A DNA stretch of 64,000 bases. Source: Podarcis tiliguerta (taxonomy: Eukaryota). The position numbers and the translations under genes are program-made. Shown here piece after piece: positions 36,724 through 47,151 of this stretch (its first letter is position 1; each line of letters begins with the position of its first letter). A model generated the notes under the pieces. The model did not search any database, was not told the DNA's origin, and worked only from the letters and a program-made list of their open reading frames with translations. The stretch is taken from the NCBI GenBank assembly GCA_965153285.1, contig OZ229117.1, one strand, 5' to 3'.

Positions 36724-37076
36724 AAGAAGTTTGAGCAAGTGAGTTGGGTGTACATCATTTTGTGACTGCTGCTGTGGAGTTTCCCTAACCAAATTGGGAA
36801 GGAGCGAGGTGTTGTGAAACCTCAAGTGGTCAAAAACACCTTAGGTAACTCAAGTCAACAAAGTACAGCATTGAAGTTTTTCAGTGGTTTTACAGGTGGT
36901 GAAATAAAAAGGAAGATGGACTGAGCTTCTTTCCAGAAGTGAAAGGGGAATGCTGAAGACCACAGGCAACAAGTCATCCTTGTCCTTCCTGCAGTACAGA
37001 AAATAGAAATGGAAACCATTATTCATCGATGTTCAATATTCATACCCTGCCTTGTTAAATAAGGTTCCCTGAATAT

Positions 37077-37104
37077 GATAGATAGATAGATAGATAGATA
37101 GATA
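37077..37104 (+). repeat. (GATA)n microsatellite
   Basis: Seven GATA units. Confidence 0.95.
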
Positions 37105-40100
37105 TCAATACAGCAAATTCACACTAGCATTAAAGTGAATAAGGAAGTCTCTTCTCCTATTGGAGCCCTCTGGATCTCTGAAAACTGTCATGTTCTGACA
37201 ACGTATTTCTAAACTTTTAACAAACTGGACAGCAAAGGAACATGAAAATATTTCTTCGGTACTATGTTTGTGTGTTTGGATATCAGTTAAAGAGAATAAC
37301 TTGTACACCAGAAATAAAACTGACACAGTTGAAGCCTCACATTTGACTTTCAACTTCTTGGGGAGGGGGATCAATACAGCAGCAAACGTAAGCTGCCAAA
37401 CTAACAATCTTAAAGATATTAACAGTACAAACCTACATCATTTTAGTCAAAAGTAAGCCCCTCTGAGTTCAAGACAGCTTACACTCATTTAGGTAGGTAT
37501 AGGATTGTAGTGCAAAACACTAAAAAGTTAACAGGAAGATGAAATTCAAGGAGAGTAACCTGAAAAAGTTCCTGCCTATCTGAAAGCAAACAACAAAGGG
37601 GGCAGGTGAACCCCCTTGGCATGTTATTCCAGATCTGAAAAGGCCCTGTGGTGGTGAGGGACCTTAGACCAGGGCCTCAGAAGACGAAGATGTTAAGACA
37701 GGTTTCATATGAAGAAAGGTGATTCTTGAGATAACCTAGGCTGAGAATTCTTTGGGGATGTCTCCCGAAAACATTAGCTCAATGTGTCTGCAATCTGAAA
37801 AGAAGCAAAGGTGCTGAACAAGATGCAACATAATTCACATTTTTTTACATTTAAATGCAGGTATGTGCCCCCCCCCCCGAGTATGGATCAGAAATATAGG
37901 GGGAGGGCAAAGGGCTAAAGTCAGGGGACTTATGTCTGCCATTTACTTTTAAAAAAAAAGTAACACAGTTGTAAACTGCGTGGATAGAATCTCATCTAGT
38001 TTGCCCGTAAGAAAATAAGAACATTCCTCCAGTTGTCTGGGAGCACTTGATGCAGTGTTTTTGAATCAATGCCTGAATGAGAGCTGCATATAGGCTGTTA
38101 GGTAAGAACAGAAAATACATTTTGAAAGTGGATAAATACAGGTTAGGTAAATGCGCTTATAAAAATATGCATGTGCCCATGAATTTCCCTGTACCACTTG
38201 TGACTCCAAAAAGCTCCTAAACCCAGAAACTAGCATAAACATGTCCGACTTACATTAACCTAGAGTCACTGGGCAAAATGAGCTCTTTATTGAGGAAAGC
38301 CCCAGGATATATGGATGTAAAGTAAATTAAAACCAAGGTTGTTCCTAAATTAATTCTTCCTTGGCTTGTGACATCAAAATGATGTGTCTTGAGATCCTCA
38401 GCTTGAATGGATCCCTTTAGCATAGAGATGGGGAACCCCTGTACTTCCAGAGGTTGCTAGACTATCATAGTTTTTGACCATTGGCCATACTGACTGGGAC
38501 AGAGGGCATTTAGCCATCTAACAACACCTGGAGGCCACAGTCTCCCTCTCCCTGATGAGGAATATTTCACTCCTGCGAAAGACCCAGCTATTTGCCCTGC
38601 ATAATTGTTTCGTTGGAGTTTCTTGTTGGCACGTCCCTGGGTTTCGTTTCCACATGGTTACTTCACTAAAATGTATTGAAAGTGCCCTAAGCTGCTTCCC
38701 TAGCCTGCCACTAAGATGAAATGTATAACTTTTGAATTAGGCCTAGTGTCTGGACTATACCACTTCAGGTGGAAGTTCCTGTGATTGTGTAGAGGTAACT
38801 GGCAGCTTATATGAGGGTTTGGCTTCAGGGGTCCTCGTGCAAATGCAAAATAGTGTAAAGCCAGGAACCTCTGGAACTGCTCTCCCCATTACCATCCCTG
38901 TCTACAGCAGCCTTGCCCTTGGCCTCTCTTTCTGCCCTCTGGGAAGGATGTGCAACATTCCCAGAGCCCAATAAGCAAAATGGAAGGCTTAAAAAGATAT
39001 TTTTGCAGTGGGTTTTCTCTGCTCTCCATTTATTTCTCCACTGCCCACATACAAGTTGTGATGTAGGAGAAATCAGTGTAAGCTACATACGTTCAGCTGT
39101 ACTTGTACCTGCCTCTCCCTACAAAGAATAAAATACCTTTAGAGAGAGAGAGAGAGAGCACACATTCTGTTAACATTGCTACCCTGTTAGCTACGGGATT
39201 GTTAAAGTACCCACAGGCACCTGCAAAGCCTGAGGCAATTCATACAAGGCAAACGATTTCCAACATCTATCATTGCTGCTGTCTGGTTTTCTAGTGGGAA
39301 GAATTGAGTCATGCTTCCCATGAGGTCCACCAAGAGTAAAATGGCCATCCAGCAAATCCAGAAATAGATGTTTGGGGATTTCTTGGCCAGCAGGTTTATG
39401 GAGGATCACTGCCTATGGTCAGCATTAAATCTTTCCCTAGCTGTTTTTAGCTGGTGTAAGCAGATGGAAGTGGAGAGATTTTCCTGAAGCTGTCATTTGA
39501 GAGGAAACTGGAAAGGGCCAGCCCCAGGTAGGGGTGGTCCTATGCATTCTTCATTCTAGTGCCCGCCCTACCCCCCCGTCAATATGCCCTAGCAGGCATA
39601 CCTGTCAGTAATGGTTGGCAGCAGCAACAGTGATGCTTTCAGCAATGCTGGATGGCAGGGACTAGCTACCATGTTAATTTCCCTCAATACCTTGTAACAG
39701 CACTTTGTCAGGGGTGTTGTGTTGGCCCACAAAAAATAAAGGGGAACTCAGGGCAGGTATCAGTGATGTTGGGACCCTGATGGTTGTCCTGGAACTGGAG
39801 ATAAAGGGTTGGACCCAGACATAGTCATCCTCTTTTTGCCAAGAGAGGAAGACAGGTGACAGATGCATAGTGAAAGCCATGAAGCTCACTGGTGACCTTG
39901 GGCCAGTCACTGCCTCTCAGCCTAACCTACCTCACAGGGTTTTTGTGAGGATGAAATGGGGAAGAGTACAATGTACACCACCTTCAGATTCTTGGAAGAT
40001 AAAGGTGGTATATAAATGTAATTAATAATAATAATAAAATGTTGATTTCTTCTAGGAGAGAACTGTTCATTTGTAGAAAACTCTGTTTCCCTTCAAGATG

Positions 40101-40251
40101 GCACCTTCTGCTGCAAGGCCACAAAAATTACCACAGCTCCAATTAAAGAACTAGGATTAATTAAAGAATAGAGATTAGAGATATATAGGGGATATTTTGG
40201 TGGTGAGGGGAGGTATATAAATACTATTAAAGTAGAAGAAATGTGTTTAAA

Positions 40252-41225
40252 AACTGGGAACGGTTATGAAATACAGGTATGAAATTTACGGCATGTAATG
40301 CCTTAAGAGAAAATTTAATGAAAATGATTTATAGGTGGTACATGACACCAGTTAAGCTTCAAAAAATCTACCATTTGCCCGATAATAAATGTTGGAAATG
40401 TAATGAGACTGAAGGTACATTCTTTCACCTTTGGTGGACGTGCCCAAGGATCAAGGCATTCTGGGAGATGATTTATAATGAAATGAAAAAGGTATTTAAA
40501 TATACCTTCCTTAAGAAACCAGAGGCCTTTCTCCTGGGCATGGTCGGCCAATTGGTGTTAAAGAAGGATAGAACTTTCTTTATGTATGCAACAACAGCAG
40601 CAAGAATACTCATCGCGAAATATTGGAAGACACAAGATTTACCCACCAGGCAGATGGGTAAGTTGATGGACTACATGGAACTGGCAGAAATGACTGGCAG
40701 AATCCAAGACCAGGGAGAAGAGTTGGCGGAAGAAGACTGGAAAAAGTTTAAAGACTATTTACAGAAATACTGTAAAATTAATGAATGTTAGAAAAATGTT
40801 GGAATGAAGTTATATGGCTTTAGTAGAAATGTTATAAGGAACTAAGTATAAATAGGTTATTAGAGCATTAAAGGGAAAAACAAAGTTAGGAAGTGTTAAG
40901 ATAATTATAGGATAGAAAACAGAGGAAGATGGAAAGGAATTGCTGAAACAATTAATAGAAGTGGAATACAAAAAGGGAGGTATGAGGAGGTCGTGGAAAT
41001 TAGTGAAAGAAAGACAAGATATTGAAATTGGATTGTGTTTTAAATGGGTTTTGTTTTGTTAGTTGTATGCTAGTGTTTTGTAGTGTTTTTTGTATTGTAT
41101 TGTATTTTTGTATGTTTTTTCTTTTTTGGTTTTTTGTAGTTTGTGTTCAATTTGTTGGAAAACTAATAAATATTATTATAAAAATAATATTATTTTTTAT
41201 AAAAATAAAAAATAAAAAATAAAAA
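40252..41225 (+). mobile_element. 5'-truncated L1-clade LINE: ORF2 C-terminal zinc-knuckle region, 3'UTR and A-rich tail
   Basis: ORF 40279..40791 has RWYMTP...CWKC-x8-H-x4-C (CCHC) and AARILIAKYWK, typical of non-mammalian L1 ORF2 ends; T-rich UTR, AATAAA and A-rich tail at 41160-41225. Confidence 0.85.
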
Positions 41226-41266
41226 CAACCACCAAACATATTAAAGTCACTACATTCATGTTACAT

Positions 41267-41380
41267 ATGCAGCAAGGAACACCATGAATAATCCACTGGA
41301 TTATCCACTGGAATAATCCACTGGAACACCATGAATAATCCACTTGCTATGCAGCAAGGAACACCATGAATAATCCACTG
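41267..41380 (+). repeat. Complex local repeat
   Basis: Full and partial copies of ATGCAGCAAGGAACACCATGAATAATCCACTGG. Confidence 0.9.
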
Positions 41381-42211
41381 GCTCCATAAGGACAGATAAG
41401 GGGGTTCTAGATAGAGCTACTTCCCATTTTAGAAACCAAGCACCATTTTAAAGTAAAATCTAAACTGCCTGAATGTGGAATAGGACACAAGCAAATCTAT
41501 TTAATATGTTTTCTGCTGAATTTTTGATAATCATTTTCAACTAAAAACTGCTCTCCTCATAGATATTTCAAGGGGGGCGGGAACCCTTCACCAAGAATTG
41601 GGATGGGTTGCAGTTAGTTTACCTACATTCCATGCACAGTACATATCCTAACAAATACTGTATGGACTTTGAAAGGACATCAACCCACCTGTTGTGATCC
41701 TTTCCCTGGTTAGGGTCAATTTACCTGATTACTGTGCCTTTCAAATAAGACAAATGAGATTTGAAAAGCAAACATCCCCATGACTTTTAAAGATTGTAAA
41801 TCTTTAAAATTTTAAAAGATTTAAAAGATTGTAGACCCCCCCACCCCCCCACTCTTTTGGGTGTCAGGGCTTTAATGGTTGTGCATCAAATTTAAAAGGA
41901 CAGCAGTATTTCTCACCACAGATATACACTGACAGGTGGCAGCTTTGCCTGTTGAATTTCTGCCTATTAAGGGATTGTTAAAGGTTTAATCCTAATATAA
42001 AAATAAGTGGCATCTCTATTTTGAGGCAAACGTGTGCAATCACAAACTGCCTCTGACAAGCTGCAGTTAACTTACATATCCAAGCTCGCCTATTTTGCTT
42101 CTGGACACGTTTGCACCAATTTGCTCCTGATTATACCAACACGACGCCCTTGACACCCCCGCCCGTTGACAAGAGATTTTCCTTTCTCGGCAGGTGGCAA
42201 CAGGGCCAACG

Positions 42212-42230
42212 TCACCTCAAGAGGGCGCCA
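42212..42230 (+). promoter_or_regulatory. CTCF-binding motif upstream of CTCF TSS
   Basis: TCACCTCAAGAGGGCGCCA matches the core CC[AT][CG]NAG[AG][GT]GGC[AG][CG]; weaker same-orientation matches at 42184-42202 and ~41926-41944. Confidence 0.55.
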
Positions 42231-42487
42231 CACCGCGGAACCAATCTCTTTGCCCGCGCTTGCAACGTGCAAGTGCTCTGCACCCTCGGCCCAGGCCGCG
42301 CGTGACGTCACATCGCCACCCGCCCTCACGTCCGCCGCGGCCCTTCTAGGTCCTCTATTTGAAGTTGGCGCCCAGCGGCTCCTCCCATGGTGCTCCGCGC
42401 GGCGGCTTCTCCCGCTCCCTCCTCCCTTCGCTCGGCTTCGGCGGCCGCGGCTGCCGGGCTGGCGCAGGCGCACTGTTCGTCTCGGCC

Positions 42488-42651
42488 GCCATTTTGTGTC
42501 CGAGGCGACTGTGGAACGATTAAACCGCGAGCTGGTGCTGGGCGCTGGCGGCGGCCGCTAGCGGCGGGGCAGCGGCAGTAGGAGCTCCGCAGGGCCCGAG
42601 CGGGGCGGGGCCCGGGGCAGCAGGGGCGGCCCGGAGGCGCCTCCGGGACAG
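42488..42651 (+). other. CTCF: CTCF non-coding exon 1 (5'UTR; TSS approximate)
   Basis: Starts with GCCATTTTGTGTC...GTGGAACGATTAAACC, as recalled for the vertebrate CTCF mRNA 5' end; CAG|GTAAGC donor at 42652; no ATG. Confidence 0.8.
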
Positions 42652-44974
42652 GTAAGCAGCGCGGGGGGTTTGCAGTCGCTTTCTCCGGCCTCTAGGTGTC
42701 ACGATGGGGCTCGGGCTGGGACCCGCCGCGGCGCCGCCGATGGGGAGCGGGGCTTTGTCTCCCTCTACCGTCCCCATCGCCCTGATGCCGGCCTGGTACT
42801 GCCGCCCATCGGCCTCCCAGAGCAGCGCCTCTGCCGGAACCAGGCCGGGCCTGGATAAATAGACAGAGGCGCGGCTGCTTAGCTCGGCCTTGCCCAACCC
42901 GCCGCCGCCTCACCCTCTCCGCCGCCGCCAACCACGGCCTGTTGGAGTGACTCGGTTTTTATTTAACTCGTCCGCCATTATGGAAACGATTAACCCCGGG
43001 CGTTTCTGTCCCCGCCAAAAACCTCTGTTCAAAACACCCACCCGCCCGCCTGGATCCTGGCCGAGTCGATTGGGTTTCCTCCCCTCCCCCGTTTCCCAGC
43101 TCCTCCCGAGCCGCCCCCATTAACCTGCGGCCTAATCCTGCCACCTCCCGCCTCTTCTGGCTCGCTTCTCGTTCCGCCCGGTCGCCTCCGCCCCGCGTCG
43201 ATTCCCGCCCGTCTCCGCTTCTGCTTTTCTCTCCCTCCTCCCCATGCCCGGACGTCCTCGTCCCGTCCCAGCTGACCGTCCCCGGCCTGCTCCGTCCGCG
43301 TCCTTTTCCCCCGATGGTCCTGCGTGTCCGCGCTGACCGTCCCTGCCCGCCTGCTCCCGCCGGCCGCCGCCTCGCTGTGCGCGCTGCGGAGTGAGAGGCG
43401 CTGCGAGCTCAAGATCGGGACTCGAGCTCCCTCTTGCAAGGCAGGCTGAGCTGCAGCGCCATGCAGCGCGGGAGAGCGCCAGGCGGGGACGCCCGAGCTC
43501 GCTCGCCTTGCCCGCCCGCCCGGCCTGGAACCGGGAAGGAGCTCACGCAGGGCTCCCCTTTTCACCTTTACCGGGGAAGGTCCTTTCGTAAAGTTAGGAT
43601 GGTGTCCAGGAAGGGGGGAGACTTCACGATCTCATTCATACCCCCAGTCATGACTTTGGCCTCGACGCTACCACCTAGTTCTGATTATCTTTGTGCAGAT
43701 ACTATTCTTAAAGGTGGAAAAGAAGTAATACTTTAAGGGAAAGCTCTCAAAAATTGCCAGAAAATTGGGCCACGCAATTCCGGATGTTGTAGAGATCTTC
43801 CTTTATACATCCTCATGTATAATCCAAGAAGGTTTGGGGGAGGGGGATCTCCCAGCCCTGAAGGAGAGAAGTCTATTACTACTTTGACTCTATAGCTTCC
43901 TGAAGGTTCTCCTGCGGTTTTATTTTAAGAAAAGAACTCTTTCACAAAGGGAATATACCAGAAATTTGCATATTACTTTATATGCCTTGTTTTAAAATTT
44001 ATTTCTCAGAATATATGCTGTCAATTTAATTTGAGCAGTTGAGAACATGCTTGAGGTTGCTAGTGTGAAATTGGTGGGCCTGTTAGATGTATTTCTCCAA
44101 AGTAGGTTAGGGTGAGTGATAGCAAGTTGCCCAAGCCATCCTGGGTAATCTTGACGGATAAGTCATAATTGCATCACACTAGTGAACTGCCTTCTAAAAT
44201 GGGGAGAGGAGGGGTATTGGTCATAGCTAACCAGCTTTGATTCTGACCATTTATTTACAGTTACATGTTCTTTACAGAATGAGGTGGTCCGTGAGGGGAG
44301 ATTTAAGTGAAATAATAAACCCATGCTACTATAATTATGCTAGCCCATAGTTGGTGCAGCATCTTGATGTAGCTAATACTTCTATGTTGTCAGTGGCCAT
44401 CATTGCTGTTTTGCTGTAATAGTTAGAATTCTGCTTGATTTCCAAAAAAATATTCTTTTGGGCTCCCAGTATTGTAGTGATTGTCTGAATAGTCATTTAA
44501 ACCTAAAAGTGTATTCCAAACTAGTATCCCTCACCCACATATATTTTAAAACACAGTTCTAAAGTCTTGCCCATTTGTCATTCGTCTGTCACTTTCTAAT
44601 GCAAATGAGTCATCTCTAAATAACCACAGTAAGCTGTTTTATGGGTTACATTCTGTTTCTTATTTTACTTTCAAACTTTCCTACCATGAAAACAGGTGGA
44701 CCTTGTGTGCTCCTTAACTTACTCTTTTGCAGGCTTTGGGCAAGTAGTGTACTGTACAAAGTGGTGCAAGGGAACAAATGAATTTGAGAGGCGGGGAGTA
44801 ACTTAATCAAGGCTACTCTTACATATTCATGCTAATCTGATGGTGTTAGAGTTGGCTGATACTGGCGGCAGTAGACTCTATTGAGCAAAAGTTAACCTGT
44901 TGGGACTAGGCTGCGCTGACATCTGAAAGACATGCCTATGTAACAGTGCGCTGTAGTTCCATTTATTTCATTGG

Positions 44975-45332
44975 GGATTCCAGGACAGATAAAAGAAAGT
45001 ACTTATACACATAGCACATAGTTAAACTATGGAGCAGTCTCCCATAGGAGGAAGTGATGGCCACCAACTTGGTTGGCTTTAAAAAAGGATTGAACAAATA
45101 CATGGAGGTCAAGACTATCATCAGCAACTACTAGCCATAATTGCTATGTTGTACCTCCACTGTCAGAGGTAGTATACCAGTTCCTGGGAATTACAGGTAG
45201 GCAAAGAGCTGTTGCACTCATGTCCTACTTGCAAGTTCCCCACAGGAATCTGGTTAGTCATTGTGAGAACAGGATGGCGGACTAGATGAGCCATTGGCCT
45301 GATCCAGCAGCATCTTCTTATGTTCTTATGAT
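44975..45332 (+). mobile_element. CR1-like LINE 3' fragment with TTCTTATG tail (related ends at ~15750-15930 and ~34940-35090)
   Basis: AGGACAGATAAAAGAAAGTAC...GGCTTTAAAAAAGGATTG..ATGGAGG...CTTATGTTCTTATG. Confidence 0.65.
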
Positions 45333-45671
45333 TAAATCTTAGCAAATTTCCCCCAGTATCAGATACATTCTTCCTGTGATAGCCTGGTCTTCTGAGCTGT
45401 AGTTCAGACTTGCCTGTTGTTATGCTCCACTTCCATCTACACTATGCCAACAAACTGCTTCTACTTATCTTTTTATCTCCACCTGTGTTGAACTCTCATA
45501 TATCTGTAAAACTTCCAAAAATCTCCTGGCATATTGAGGCATTCACCTTGGTTTTAGATCTGAATGTATCAATTGATTCTAATGTTGCAGTTGTTGAATT
45601 CTCAGCAGTACTGCTAAGGATTAAATGTACCCTTGCTGCTTCCGTCAAAACTTGGTGTGTTTTATGAAATA

Positions 45672-45889
45672 CAGTGGTACCTTGGGTTACATACGCTTCA
45701 GGTTACAGACTCTGCTAACCCAGAAATAGTACCTTGGGTTAAGAACTTTGCTTCAGGATGAGAACAGAAATTGTGCAGCAGTGGCAGCAGGAGGCCCCAT
45801 TAGCTAAAGTGGTGCTTCAGGTTAAGAACAGTTTTAGGTTAAGAACAGATCTCCAGAACGAATTAAGTTCTTAACCCGAAGTACCACTG
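45672..45889. mobile_element. Tc1/mariner (Tigger-like) MITE, second copy
   Basis: TA|CAGTGGTACCTTGGGTTA ... TAACCCGAAGTACCACTG|TA. Confidence 0.88.
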
Positions 45890-46789
45890 TATTCTGAATG
45901 GTTGAGCCAATGATTCTATGAAGAATCTGCTTCATAGCTAGGGAACCTGACTTTATTTTCAAAACTTAAGGTCACATTTAATGTGAATTCTTGTACCTGG
46001 TGGAATTCATTTATTTTTGTAAATTTCACTTTCCCTACTGTGCCATTACATATAAGTAACTTCCAGTTTGTACATTCAGAGGTGATATTGGACTCAGATA
46101 AATATATAAAATAAGAATCCTGGAGTAGCTTCAATCAACCTATTTTATTAGCATAGCTGTAATTACAAAATGTGGTGGCCTTTGTAACATGTAGTATAGA
46201 ACTCAGGATTTTTAGAGTTTGCTCCACCTTTGTAATATAAATTTCAAGTCCTGTTGATTTAATCTTATAACCACTTAGCTGGGGGTTAACTGCTTTGAAC
46301 TCAGTGGAACGTAGTTCTGAACTGACATGCATAGACTTTGTTGTTAAGAACATGGAAAGTTGCCTTATGTAAAGTCAGATTATCCTAGTATTGTCTTCTC
46401 AGATTGGCAGTAGTTCTTCAGGGTCTCAGGCAGGGGTCTGTCCCATCACTTACCACCTGATTCCTCTTAAATAAAGATGACAAAGATTGAGCCTAAATCT
46501 TTATACTGTACATGCAAAGCAATTGCTCTACAATTGAGGTATGAATACTTCAGTGAAAATGGTTCCACATAAACAAGGGAACCTTTTTGAATCTCACTGC
46601 GGTGGTTTAGCTTTCCCTCTGGGTACAGTCTTGGAAACTTCTTACTTAACAAGAAAGAGGAAATTTATCTCTGTGTTATCCAAATAGACCTTCTCCATTG
46701 CTTGCTGTCAAATGGCTGAAATAGCATCTCATGCACAGCATTTTATGCTTTTATTCATATCTGCAGCTCCTGAGCTCCTGGGGGAAAGC

Positions 46790-46916
46790 TAGGTAAGGAA
46801 GGTGTGATGTTTCTGGACTACAATTTTTTTCATGCCTGACCATTGGCCATGCTTGCTGGGGCTGATGGGAGTTGTAGTCCAGCAACATCCGGAGGGCCAG
46901 AGGTTCCCCATACCTA
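46790..46916. mobile_element. Palindromic hAT-type MITE copy in CTCF intron 1
   Basis: GGACTACAA...GGGCTGATGGGAGTTGTAGTCC...GGTTCCCCATACCTA; same family as 9301. Confidence 0.7.
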
Positions 46917-47060
46917 TTGTATGTATGTATGTATGTATGTGTGTCTTTCTGTGTACTCGATCATTGAGTCTGGGGCAACCTACAGTTGCTTTCAAGCTCC
47001 CTGGAACTTAACAATTTTGTTCAGAGTTCATTGATCTTGGTGTTGGTTTCTTGCAAGCAG

Positions 47061-47151
47061 ACGATCTTGCAAACTGAAGCCAAAGGGATTTTCTTTGCAT
47101 TGGCTAGAAAGTGAAACAAGGCATCAGCCGGAAAAGTCCAGTTTAGAAGAG
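47061..47151 (+). other. CTCF: Probable CTCF non-coding exon 2 (AAG/CAG tandem acceptor, GC donor)
   Basis: TTCTTGCAAGCAG acceptor; CTGAAGCCAAAG shared with human CTCF 5'UTR exon 2 (recalled); GAG|GCAAGT donor. Confidence 0.5.

Larger units (their letters stand above)
42130..43570. promoter_or_regulatory. CpG island / CTCF promoter
   Basis: Abrupt GC- and CpG-rich segment; CCAAT 42241, perfect CRE TGACGTCA 42303-42310, TTTGAA (CHR-like) 42358 next to TTGGCGC (E2F-like), NRF1-like GCGCAGGCGC 42462, YY1 GCCATTTT 42488, GC boxes. Confidence 0.9.

Noticed and set aside
41267-41380. CRISPR-like repeated units
   Set aside because: No unique spacers, irregular units, eukaryotic context.
42090-43736. 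Cluster of overlapping Arg/Gly/Ala/Pro-rich ORFs (up to 178 aa) on both strands
   Set aside because: Expected by-product of a stop-poor CpG island; no recognisable protein and overlaps the CTCF promoter and exon 1.
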